Virus record (IMG/VR): IMGVR_UViG_3300030376_006415
Coordinates: 1-56,637 of that record
Origin: a virus
Taxonomy: Duplodnaviria > Caudoviricetes
Direction: 5' to 3' (one strand)
Length of the DNA: 56,637 nt
Each line of letters begins with the position of its first letter. Within the stretch, counting starts at the first letter, position 1. The notes under the pieces are model-generated. The model was not told the DNA's origin, ran no database searches, and saw only the letters and a program-made list of their open reading frames with translations. This document shows positions 48,435-56,637 of the stretch, piece by piece. The position numbers and the translations under genes are program-made.

Positions 48435-49991
48435 CTAAGCTGTAATCCAATTTCGTGCTTTAGGTTTATGCTTATACCAATCCCCTCGTTTGTTCTTCTT
48501 CATAGACTTGGGTGGATGAGCATATTTACATGCATAAGCTAAAGCGTCTATAGTATCATCATGACCCATTCTTGGGCCAAAAGTAATTATTTCTTGCTGC
48601 AAATCGTACTGATCTTTCTTAAGGTGGACTCCACCAATTGCAAACCTTTGTGCAAGTATTTCTTGAATCCTATCCCTTTTAGACATCCTATTTCCAGGCT
48701 TCTCTGCTGTATATTTAACAGTAAAGTTATTACGTCTCCGCATTTCCGCGTTAATAGCTTGGAAAACCGGTTTTGACATAGTAGTGTCTTCAATACAGAA
48801 TAAACTTGGTTCATATATTTTATTATAGTCGAAGATATAATCGACAATCCCTTTTTTATCTTCACCTGGTATACCAAGTACAGGTAACGAGCGCTTGCGT
48901 AAATAATCAACAACATAGCAATTATTATCGCTATCCACAGCCACAGCCAGTAAAACGCTAAAATCAGAATCCCTACGAGCACTATCTGTAGCAGGATCAA
49001 CACCCACAAATAAATTAACAGGCCTTTCGTCCCCTTCTGCCGTTTTGATATAGCTAACACCCGTGTCTTCATCTTTGTAAAAAGATCCATCCCAATATTT
49101 AATATGATTTCTATTAAAGATAGAATCTTCCTCATTTTGAACCTCCATCATATATTCCTGATAGAACTTTTGAGGTTGACCACTGTCTGAATAAAACTTT
49201 TTCTTTCTCTCCATTTCCTTGTGACCAAACCATCCTGGCCATAAAGGGGTTCCATCTTGCTGTAAAGCCTTGTAAGTTATCACTTTCCAAGAATAATCCT
49301 TGCCTTGTGCTTGAGCCTTGAGATGCCCATTAAGTATATTTGTAGTAAACGCATCGAAGTGCACAGGCGTACCATTAATACGAAGCCTCCCATCGAGAGG
49401 TTCCAAAGCAGGGAAGACCACCGCTGTAACAAGATTTGCGATTTTAGACCTAGACTCAGGCGTAACGGTATTATTTTCGTCCTCAAAATCGTCGAGGATA
49501 ATAAGATCGTATCTTTTATGCAGTTTAGCCCCGCCACGTATACCTGAAAGGTTTGACTTCGAGATAAGTTTGCTGCCATTTTTAAGTTCAATATCATCTT
49601 CTGTCCATTTTCTCCCTTTTAAATCACCGAAATAATAACGTATTTTATCATTATACTCCAAATGATATTTTACATAATCTAAATTTGGCACAGATATCTT
49701 AGAAGACGCAGCAACCCATCCATAAAATAATGGATCTTGTGTAAAAACAAAATCATGCACGATATTGCACTTTGTAAGAACTGTTTTGCCGTGACCACGT
49801 GGTAATATTACTCCTAACTGCCTATGATCTTTATTCATCAAGGCATCTGCTACCTCATAATGGAAGAAAGGAGTTTCACTCCTCATAAAATCATCGGGAA
49901 GAAATAACTTACCAAATGCTATTAAGTCTTTTTCAGCCAAGCGAAGCTGATCTTCCATTTCAGAAACATTATTTAAATTTATATTAGACAT
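48435..49991 (-). CDS. terL: Terminase large subunit
   Basis: PRGHGKT, IILDD, GTP, GVDPA, HDDTID. Confidence 0.93.
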   Translation of the reverse strand: MSNINLNNVSEMEDQLRLAEKDLIAFGKLFLPDDFMRSETPFFHYEVADALMNKDHRQLGVILPRGHGKTVLTKCNIVHDFVFTQDPLFYGWVAASSKISVPNLDYVKYHLEYNDKIRYYFGDLKGRKWTEDDIELKNGSKLISKSNLSGIRGGAKLHKRYDLIILDDFEDENNTVTPESRSKIANLVTAVVFPALEPLDGRLRINGTPVHFDAFTTNILNGHLKAQAQGKDYSWKVITYKALQQDGTPLWPGWFGHKEMERKKKFYSDSGQPQKFYQEYMMEVQNEEDSIFNRNHIKYWDGSFYKDEDTGVSYIKTAEGDERPVNLFVGVDPATDSARRDSDFSVLLAVAVDSDNNCYVVDYLRKRSLPVLGIPGEDKKGIVDYIFDYNKIYEPSLFCIEDTTMSKPVFQAINAEMRRRNNFTVKYTAEKPGNRMSKRDRIQEILAQRFAIGGVHLKKDQYDLQQEIITFGPRMGHDDTIDALAYACKYAHPPKSMKKNKRGDWYKHKPKARNWITA

Positions 49992-50458
49992 TATGGCCTT
50001 TTTAAATATGATTCCCTTTTGCGTTGCGTCTCTGCACCTTCAAGTAACATCTTTCCATTTCTTGCAGAATCCTTCAATGCGCCAGTATTCTGAGCAAATA
50101 AAGTATTCCAAATAGTTGCATTTGGATCATCTGGAACATCTGGCTTATAAGATAATACCAATGCGTTTTTTAAATCAGTCTCTGGCCTATCTATTTTTAA
50201 AAATGCATCATAACTTAAACTGCCAATCTTTGCATTCTTAGTACTTTGCACCTTTTGTCTTTCTAGGAAAAATTTAAATGCATCTAAGTCAGCCTGCCGT
50301 TTTCTTTCACCTGAAAGACGTAGATATGGTATAGGCTCATCAGTTCTGCCTACAGGATCCCAATTTGGCAAATCCTTCTCAATAAACTCATTAATCATGC
50401 TATCCTCTATGCTCTGAGATATAGCTCTTTCTTTCTTAGCATTTTCAATAATACTCAT
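49991..50458 (-). CDS. Hypothetical protein
   Basis: TAATG-coupled ORF. Confidence 0.6.
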   Translation of the reverse strand: MSIIENAKKERAISQSIEDSMINEFIEKDLPNWDPVGRTDEPIPYLRLSGERKRQADLDAFKFFLERQKVQSTKNAKIGSLSYDAFLKIDRPETDLKNALVLSYKPDVPDDPNATIWNTLFAQNTGALKDSARNGKMLLEGAETQRKRESYLKRP

Positions 50459-51195
50459 TAGTCCTCCAATTCGGGCCGTTCTGCCGCCTCTATTTGACCT
50501 GGAGTAAATCCTTGAAATAATGCTCCAGTTACTTGTGTTACCTTGGTACTATTCTTATCCTCAAGGTCCATAATATCAGCCAGTTTAAAAAGGGCTTTAA
50601 GTCTAGTATCATCCTTCTCGGACGAGAGAATCACCTCCTTGATGTTCTTAAGTACAAAAGTTTCATCTAGATTAAGCTCTTCCATAACTGGCTTTAATTC
50701 TTCTTTCATAGCTGTCCTTATTCTCTCTGTTTTAATAAGTTGACCTGCTTTTACCTTAGCATAGCCAGGATTGTTAGTCGGAAATGCTTTTATATATGCA
50801 TCTACAAGAGGAAATCCTTTAGCCAACAATGTAGCAAATACAATCTCATTTTTATTCAAACGCTCTCTATCGAGCAAAATATCATCAGACTTCTTATTGC
50901 CGCCCAATGAATAAATATTAATTCTTCTGGATGTATCCATCTTAGTGGATTCTTTAACAAGAAAGGTCCCAGTGCATGTTCCAATATACTCTACAGCCCT
51001 ATTCTTACCTTTAGGCTTTTGCATTGTACCTCTTCTTAGAACCTGAATAATACATCCATCATCAGCCTTCACCCATTCACCAACCTTGCCTAGCCTCCAG
51101 TCTGACTGAACAATCAAGCCATTAGGCAAGGTATCCTCCTCCTCATAAACTCTATGCTTACATCTATTTACTGTATGGGTCCGCATTATTACCAT
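50458..51195 (-). CDS. Putative terminase small subunit
   Basis: HTH-like F..LLAKG..DAY..AF and RLKALFKL; upstream of TerL. Confidence 0.55.
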   Translation of the reverse strand: MVIMRTHTVNRCKHRVYEEEDTLPNGLIVQSDWRLGKVGEWVKADDGCIIQVLRRGTMQKPKGKNRAVEYIGTCTGTFLVKESTKMDTSRRINIYSLGGNKKSDDILLDRERLNKNEIVFATLLAKGFPLVDAYIKAFPTNNPGYAKVKAGQLIKTERIRTAMKEELKPVMEELNLDETFVLKNIKEVILSSEKDDTRLKALFKLADIMDLEDKNSTKVTQVTGALFQGFTPGQIEAAERPELED

Positions 51196-51305
51196 TTTTC
51201 ACTTTAGGTGCAGACTGATTAAAATAAGTTTGACATGCTATTGCACCTTCTGCACTACTAGCAGACCGTAAGCATGCAGAAAGACTTTCATAACTTAATT
51301 CAGCA

Positions 51306-51506
51306 TTATTTTTTGGATCCTTTGGCATCTTTTGCTCCTTTCTTCTTTGGTTCTTTTTTATTTTGTTCTGATAAAGTTTTCTCAATTCTTAAGATATATT
51401 GATATAATTCACTAAATGCTTCTCTAGATTTAGCTAATTCACCATACACATCTTCTCTTAATTTATCAATCTCTCTACTTAAAGAGTGACCATCTAAACT
51501 TGGCAT
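51306..51506 (-). CDS. Hypothetical protein
   Basis: ORF in the late arm. Confidence 0.55.
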   Translation of the reverse strand: MPSLDGHSLSREIDKLREDVYGELAKSREAFSELYQYILRIEKTLSEQNKKEPKKKGAKDAKGSKK

Positions 51507-51508
51507 AC

Positions 51509-51640
51509 CTATTTCCCCTTTTCTGCTTTAACTTTCGCAACCATCCTCTTTAAGGCTAATCTATAGCCTAATTCGCTTTTGCCTTTATCTTCATTAACCT
51601 TTTTTGTAAGCTTCTTTATTTGGCTTCTCATATCTTTCAT
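51509..51640 (-). CDS. Small basic protein
   Basis: AGGTG RBS, MKDMRSQ start. Confidence 0.5.
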   Translation of the reverse strand: MKDMRSQIKKLTKKVNEDKGKSELGYRLALKRMVAKVKAEKGK

Positions 51641-51641
51641 G

Positions 51642-51824
51642 CTATTCACCTTCTTTGTATTTAGTGGGTTGATAAAAATAATGAACTGTATCGGTTTCCT
51701 CACCTTGCACTTGTGTGCCTTGCGGCATATTTAAATTTTTTGCAGTTTCTTTATTAATAGTATGCTTCTCATCTGCCCGATGAGGTTTACCTGAATATGG
51801 TCATGTATGATAGCCTTTTTTCAT
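51642..51824 (-). CDS. Candidate recoded ORF (60 aa) with in-frame TGA at codon 8, possibly selenocysteine
   Basis: MKKGYHT-TGA-PYSGKPH...KEGE fills the gap exactly; hairpin CTCATC-GGGCA-GATGAG starts 16 nt after the TGA. Confidence 0.45.
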
Positions 51825-52685
51825 CTATTTAGAATTTTGACCTTTTACAACAGCCATTCTGCTTCTATAATATGTTCTTGCAGAATCTGTTAGGTATTCA
51901 CCAGCTAAACTATCTAGTAGGTTAAATGCTGCATTTTTATCTTCAACAAACCTTACTATATTTAAAACGCTTAAATCTTTTGTTGCATTATAAAGAGGTT
52001 TCAATGGCGGGTTATCAATCATCTTATTCCTGTTGACAATATTTAATGCAGCTTCTGATGCAGCATCATCATACCAACCCCCTGTTTCCTTCCCTGTAGG
52101 ATAAGTCAAGCTTTCCTTGGTGTTTAAATTGGCCCTAGCATACCTTCCAGCCACTGGGTTTAATTCATATTCACCTGTATATTCACCTGTACTATCCCTC
52201 TTCTCTTTAGTACCCCAGCCAGTTTTCAGAATATTGTATCTATCTTCAGGATATCTACCTGATTGATCATCTGTAGCAAATTTAGGGGCGATTTTACCAT
52301 CAGCAGGGTCTCCAATCTCTTTTCCTAAAATCTTATCCATAGTAGTTCTATCTTCTACGGCTAAGTCATCAAGATAATGTAATAATTCATGCATTATACT
52401 CTCCCGAACATCTGGATTGTTTATATTAGCATCATCTGCAAGTATTATTTCTTTTGCCTTAGTGTCATATATTGCACGAGCATTAGGATTAGCTCTACGG
52501 ATTTCATAGCTGTCAAAACTTATTTTGGGAGTATTATTCTTATTTTTGAATAGATTCTCAACAAAGTCTGCAACTTCATACTGATTATCACGCATGTTAT
52601 GCATTTTCTCATTCCACATGAACGTGTCTTCACCCCATATATTAATAAGATCTGCTTCAATATTTTGCTGATTAGTTTTACTCAC
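51825..52685 (-). CDS. Zincin-like metallopeptidase domain protein
   Basis: IMHELLHYLD (HExxH). Confidence 0.6.
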   Translation of the reverse strand: MSKTNQQNIEADLINIWGEDTFMWNEKMHNMRDNQYEVADFVENLFKNKNNTPKISFDSYEIRRANPNARAIYDTKAKEIILADDANINNPDVRESIMHELLHYLDDLAVEDRTTMDKILGKEIGDPADGKIAPKFATDDQSGRYPEDRYNILKTGWGTKEKRDSTGEYTGEYELNPVAGRYARANLNTKESLTYPTGKETGGWYDDAASEAALNIVNRNKMIDNPPLKPLYNATKDLSVLNIVRFVEDKNAAFNLLDSLAGEYLTDSARTYYRSRMAVVKGQNSK

Positions 52686-52883
52686 TTATAACAGCTTCCT
52701 TCTTTTCCATTAAATATGCATTAAGGTTAGCTATAGCATCTTCCATGCTATATACCTTATGCGTAAGGTCTTCTACGGCTCTACTTAAAGATACTACTAT
52801 ATTATTTACTTCTACTTGGTCCATTGTTTAAGTCCTCTATTAAGCAATTTTTTTAGCAAACGCTTGTTTGCGTTAAGAAAAAA

Positions 52884-53081
52884 TTATGATTCCCCTATAA
52901 TATAAACATCCTTCAACCACTCGAGTGTTTCCTCATCCCAATGCTCTCCCATATCCATATCACCATAATAAAAGGCTTCACCTTCTTCAGAGACAATCTC
53001 TTCACTCATGTACTCAACCTCCTCATTGTCCTCATCATACGCAATAGTTAGTATATACTTCTTTATTCCACTCATAAACAC
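52884..53081 (-). CDS. Acidic hypothetical protein
   Basis: AGGAGG RBS. Confidence 0.6.
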   Translation of the reverse strand: MFMSGIKKYILTIAYDEDNEEVEYMSEEIVSEEGEAFYYGDMDMGEHWDEETLEWLKDVYIIGES

Positions 53082-53099
53082 CTCCTATTTTGATATACA

Positions 53100-53128
53100 A
53101 GTTTACTAGTTTTTTTATTATTATGCAA
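53100..53128 (-). promoter_or_regulatory. Candidate sigma70-type promoter at the head of the late arm
   Basis: TTGCAT-N17-TAAACT. Confidence 0.5.
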
Positions 53129-53133
53129 TAGTT

Positions 53134-53340
53134 TTATTTAGATGCTAACTCATTGATTTTATTGAGTTTAACATTTTTGTCTACTTCTTCTTTTAAATCG
53201 GATTGTAAATCCAAGGGGAAATGTTCGTGGTCTGTCGCGCAATATTGAGGGCAGGTGTAACCAGGCATTGTGTCCAAATGCTTCATGACCGTAATTAGAC
53301 TCACAGCCACCGAAATTATAATTAAATCCGCCCATGTCAT
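53134..53340 (-). CDS. Small membrane-anchored protein with a CxxxC..H motif
   Basis: N-terminal TM; TCPQYCATDH. Confidence 0.5.
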   Translation of the reverse strand: MTWADLIIISVAVSLITVMKHLDTMPGYTCPQYCATDHEHFPLDLQSDLKEEVDKNVKLNKINELASK

Positions 53341-53515
53341 AAAGGCCCCCTTTTATTGACGGTAATCTAATACCTTTTAGTTGAAAATGAAAGAGGTTTT
53401 GAAAATTAAAGCATTTTAGTGCTTGGCTAAAACTGAAAGCATATCCGGGTATGTGCGAGATTCACCTTTTGAATTTTCGTTACAATTCATTTCAAACTAA
53501 AAGAAAGGAAACGAA

Positions 53516-53791
53516 ATGGCAGACGAACTTACTGGTGTACCAACACTAAAGATTAACTCTGATTACGTGGTTCAATGGAAATTTATTGGAGATGAGGGCG
53601 ATGAAATCACAGCCTATGCTCAAACTACTTGGGTTGATTCATTCCAACTGGGTAATGAAACCATCTTAGTCTTTGAGCGTACTGACAAGACTCGTGAGGA
53701 TGGTTCAACTATCTACTACTACTTTGACAATCAAGACATCAAAGACCAAGTAATGGTTCCGAGTGACATCAAGACCTATCAGGTTGTCTAA
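53516..53791 (+). CDS. Hypothetical protein, first gene of the early arm
   Basis: AAGGA RBS. Confidence 0.7.
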   Translation: MADELTGVPTLKINSDYVVQWKFIGDEGDEITAYAQTTWVDSFQLGNETILVFERTDKTREDGSTIYYYFDNQDIKDQVMVPSDIKTYQVV

Positions 53792-53799
53792 TCAAACCT

Positions 53800-53827
53800 T
53801 TGGGGGGACTCTTCGGAGTTCCTCCAT
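53800..53827 (+). other. C(UUCG)G-capped hairpin
   Basis: TGGGGGGACTC-TTCG-GAGTTCCTCCA. Confidence 0.6.
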
Positions 53828-53891
53828 CACTCACCTATACGTATAAGATATAGATAAACTTATACCAAACTCATAAAGAATAGGAAAACAA

Positions 53892-54176
53892 ATGCAAGTC
53901 TATCAAGTATATGTAACAGAGTTAGATAATCGTCGTTCAGTTCAAGCAACTTACGCTGATTATGATCAAGCTAATCAACACTTCAACTTATTGAATCATC
54001 GTATGGATGATGTAAATGATACTGCTGTTATCACTATTGAAACTATCGATGTATTAGATGATTGTATTATCCCTCATGATTATCCTACATGTGAGTTGTA
54101 CATGTGTCGTGTCTGTGAAGATGAAGAGCATGAGTTACGTGAACAAGAACTTGCAGCAATGGAGGGTGAAATATAA
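53892..54176 (+). CDS. Hypothetical protein
   Basis: ORF with a C-terminal Cys cluster. Confidence 0.6.
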   Translation: MQVYQVYVTELDNRRSVQATYADYDQANQHFNLLNHRMDDVNDTAVITIETIDVLDDCIIPHDYPTCELYMCRVCEDEEHELREQELAAMEGEI

Positions 54177-54334
54177 TGTCTAGAGTATTTGCGTTAGTAT
54201 ATGTAGCAACCATTACCTTACAGTGCTTTATGCACTACAATTTAATGGGATATCACCCGAGTATATTATTCTGGTGGTTATTAAACTTTGGTATCGCATC
54301 CCTTATTTGGGATGGATATAAAGTAAAGAAATGA
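54176..54334 (+). CDS. Small two-TM membrane protein
   Basis: Manual translation MSRVFALVYVATITLQ...; TAATG coupling. Confidence 0.5.
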   Translation: MSRVFALVYVATITLQCFMHYNLMGYHPSILFWWLLNFGIASLIWDGYKVKK

Positions 54335-54433
54335 CTGATGACACCAGGTGTCTTGACCTGGCCACTATAGAGATATCCAACGTGCGGTAGAACAGATGAA
54401 AGGGACGGCCCTGAGTAGTCTGTTCGCAGTCAT
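54331..54433 (+). ncRNA. Putative structured RNA
   Basis: ATGACTG/CAGTCAT closing stem; CCAGGT/ACCTGG; GAACAGA/TCTGTTC; AGGG/CCCT. Confidence 0.45.
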
Positions 54434-54555
54434 AATAATTACCAATAGTATATCATAAGAGTCTTCGGAGCCTGAGAAATGCTTGAAAGAAGTTTGTCAA
54501 GAACTACGATATAGGTCGCACCTATTGAACGCTTGGACACTATTGGTATAATTAT

Positions 54556-54625
54556 AGCGGGGAATGCCGGTTGCAATTTAAGCCTCATAAGCTTGATCTG
54601 GGCAGTTCGACTCTGTCCCCCGCAA
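54556..54625 (+). tRNA. tRNA-Met(CAT), initiator-like, with a shortened D-arm
   Basis: Acceptor GCGGGG/CCCCGC with a 1:72 mismatch; TAAGC-CTCATAA-GCTTG; GGCAG-TTCGACT-CTGTC. Confidence 0.75.
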
Positions 54626-54682
54626 CAACTCCATAAGATAATCGGTGCAAATCCGTGCATAAAGGCAAAATCTTATTGGATA

Positions 54683-54766
54683 TGAAGAGAGTGAACCGAG
54701 GGAATATTAAAAGGCGAGAGTCAGAATGAGGCCCTAAGTTCATGGTCATGCCATAAACTCTCTTCA
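54683..54766 (+). ncRNA. Putative structured RNA
   Basis: 10-bp closing stem TGAAGAGAGT/ACTCTCTTCA. Confidence 0.35.
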
Positions 54767-54949
54767 GCGTATTAAAAGTATATCCCAAGACCAATTTCAG
54801 GGATATCGTGGCACGTCTGACAAAGGTACCGAATAAGTGGTTAGCTCATGAAGCTATAAAACGAAATAGGGGTCGCACCCTTATACCTTAGAATATCTTT
54901 AATACTCCAATGGTCTGAGAGGAGGAGATTAGGACGTGCTATCTATTAT

Positions 54950-55106
54950 TAAGAGAGAGTTATGGCCCTACAAGGTTAATGCTAGCGAAACTACCGACCG
55001 GTAGAAGTAGACTTGGGCATTAACTTTTAGCGGGTAAAACTACATGTTCAAGGTTAATAGCAGTAATCTATCATGATACCCTATAGAACTTGTAATCTCT
55101 CTCTTA
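54950..55106 (+). ncRNA. Putative structured RNA
   Basis: TAAGAGAGAG/CTCTCTCTTA; AAGGTTAATGCT/GGCATTAACTTT with G-U pairs; CTACC/GGTAG. Confidence 0.45.
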
Positions 55107-55231
55107 TACTATTCTAGGATACATATATTAATTGGTGCACTCAATTGATATGTGTGTAAAATCCACGGCAGTGGTCAGGGAGGAGACAACCCTCCCTGCA
55201 GAAATTAAGAGTAATTATTAAAGGAGACAAT

Positions 55232-55441
55232 ATGTCAAAATGTGCAGAATATAACTGTAAGAATGAAGTGACAATAAAGACACAATGTGATAATTGTCTT
55301 AATAAACTTAGACCGACTGAAGATCAAGCTTTAGCTTGTCAAAAACATATTGAAGACTTTGCCAAAATGCAAGATATAAATGTTGATGATATGTCTTCAG
55401 AGCTATTAGATAAACTAGCAAAAGAATTTTATGGAATATAA
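55232..55441 (+). CDS. Zinc-finger hypothetical protein
   Basis: CAEYNC...CDNC; AAGGAG RBS. Confidence 0.65.
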   Translation: MSKCAEYNCKNEVTIKTQCDNCLNKLRPTEDQALACQKHIEDFAKMQDINVDDMSSELLDKLAKEFYGI

Positions 55442-55829
55442 AGAAAGGGTAACCATGAAGATAGTAGTTAATAATACCAGCGAAGATATCAAATATAATG
55501 ATGAAATAGTATTGGATTATATGAGATGTATGGACTGGTTTCAAAGAGCTATGCTTGAAAGTGATTATGAGTTATATGATGACACTATTGATCTAGCTAA
55601 AATTGTTTTTGATGATATAGACATCAATGATAATAACTGGAGAACTTTAGGTAATGGTGTATCACATCTATTAGCTAGGTTAGAATTAACTCATACATTA
55701 AGAGATAATCATCCATTGGTATGGAGACTGCCTGAGTCAGGTATTTATCCTAAATATCATGGAAATATTGCTGAGTTAATGTTAACAATGGGTATGTTTA
55801 ACCAACTTAATGTAAAGGGGATATCATGA
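55431..55829 (+). CDS. Hypothetical protein
   Basis: ORF. Confidence 0.6.
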   Translation: MEYKERVTMKIVVNNTSEDIKYNDEIVLDYMRCMDWFQRAMLESDYELYDDTIDLAKIVFDDIDINDNNWRTLGNGVSHLLARLELTHTLRDNHPLVWRLPESGIYPKYHGNIAELMLTMGMFNQLNVKGIS

Positions 55830-56035
55830 AAAAGTATCTATTATTTGCTTATTATCAATATTATCCAGCTGGAGGTTTGAATGATCTACACAGCGCTTAT
55901 GATAATAAAGATCAGGCAGATGCAGTAGCTGAAGTATTAGCAGAAAGTGGTGAGTATGACTATGTTTATGTTCAATCACTTGATGATATCGAGAATATTA
56001 TTAAAAGCCATTCATGGATAAAGGAAGAAGAATGA
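55826..56035 (+). CDS. Hypothetical phage protein
   Basis: YLLF..YYPAGGL.D pattern. Confidence 0.65.
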   Translation: MKKYLLFAYYQYYPAGGLNDLHSAYDNKDQADAVAEVLAESGEYDYVYVQSLDDIENIIKSHSWIKEEE

Positions 56036-56202
56036 AATATACTAACATTGCTTTATGCCCTAGTTGCGGTAACATAACCGAAAAACGTTGTTGTGATAAA
56101 GATTTAATACTATATGAGTCAAAACATACTGACTTTATCGACTCATTAATACCACTAATCAAGGAGATGAATAGATGTTCAGACCACTCAAAGACTATCT
56201 AG
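56032..56202 (+). CDS. Small zinc-ribbon protein
   Basis: CPSC..CC; ATGA overlap. Confidence 0.5.
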   Translation: MKYTNIALCPSCGNITEKRCCDKDLILYESKHTDFIDSLIPLIKEMNRCSDHSKTI

Positions 56203-56293
56203 AGTTAAGTATATTGTTGGCAACAGCAATATTATTCTGGCTAGGTGTAGTATATTTAATGAAATCAATAATAATATAGTAAGGAGAATTAAA

Positions 56294-56637
56294 GTGAATG
56301 ATAATATCAATATAGAACATGTTAGAGAGATCCCAAGAGAAGAATGGGGACCCTTTGAAGATGATGGAAGTTATTCTGGTACTCGTAATGTTGAACTTAT
56401 TTCAGTATTTGTAAAGAATCATACTAATAGATTTGTTATCAAACAAGGGATAACAGTGAGATCTAAATCAGAGATTCCTTTTATAGATATTAGACAATGG
56501 TATCTTAATGAAGAAACAGCTGAATGGAGGGCTGGAAGACAAGGAATTAGAATGACTCCATCACAATGGTGCTTATTTCAATCTATCTTAAATGATAATA
56601 AACTTATACTTTCAATGGATCTACCTGATGCTGAAGT
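56294..56637 (+). CDS. PC4-like ssDNA-binding protein, 5' part; continues across the circular junction to TAA at 240-242
   Basis: AAGGAG then GTG at 56294; manual translation contains FIDIRQWYLNEETAEWRAGRQGIRMTPSQW, resembling the PC4/YdbC pattern hDIRxW..KGI.L..eQW. Confidence 0.7.
   Translation, partial: MNDNINIEHVREIPREEWGPFEDDGSYSGTRNVELISVFVKNHTNRFVIKQGITVRSKSEIPFIDIRQWYLNEETAEWRAGRQGIRMTPSQWCLFQSILNDNKLILSMDLPDAE
56484..56637. repeat. Terminal direct overlap, copy 2
   Basis: Matches 1-154 with one mismatch; an ORF reads continuously across the junction. Confidence 0.95.

Noticed and set aside
47935-49635. Alternative-frame and antisense ORFs over terL and the endolysin, and similar ones elsewhere
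   Set aside because: Shadows of well-supported genes, with no clear RBS or motifs
54335-54415. Hammerhead ribozyme or C/D-box RNA (CTGATGA, GAAA, CTGA)
   Set aside because: I could not build the required stems around the core motifs
54578-54596. tRNA-Sec or suppressor reading (TCA in the loop)
   Set aside because: Stem pairing centres CAT in a 7-nt loop, and there is no long variable arm
1-56637. CRISPR array, integrase, transposase, DGR reverse transcriptase, family A/B DNA polymerase
   Set aside because: No repeat-spacer pattern or diagnostic motifs seen by eye; divergent versions cannot be excluded

Overview
The window looks like an essentially complete, circularly permuted genome (~56.5 kb, AT-rich) of a lytic podovirus-like tailed phage. 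Positions 1-154 recur at 56484-56637 with one mismatch. There are two arms. The + strand early/replication arm (53516 to the end, then 1-10421) carries small genes, a tRNA-Met-like gene, clusters of structured non-coding hairpins, a PC4-like ssDNA-binding protein across the junction, ERF, an SSB-like protein, an AEP primase-helicase and a resolvase. The - strand late arm (53340 down to 10410) carries terminase, endolysin, portal, scaffold, capsid, tail and three giant internal virion proteins. Most notable: (1) an apparently complete phage-encoded ubiquitin-like conjugation set (Ubl precursor with internal GG, E2-like, JAB, ThiF/E1); (2) a crAss-type two-barrel virion RNA polymerase (DFDID) flanked by giant proteins whose only cysteines sit at adjoining termini; (3) a small unannotated ORF with an in-frame TGA followed by a SECIS-like hairpin, a candidate phage selenoprotein. 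I recognised no DNA polymerase, integrase or CRISPR array. All calls come from reading motifs by eye; no searches were run, so novelty is unverified.
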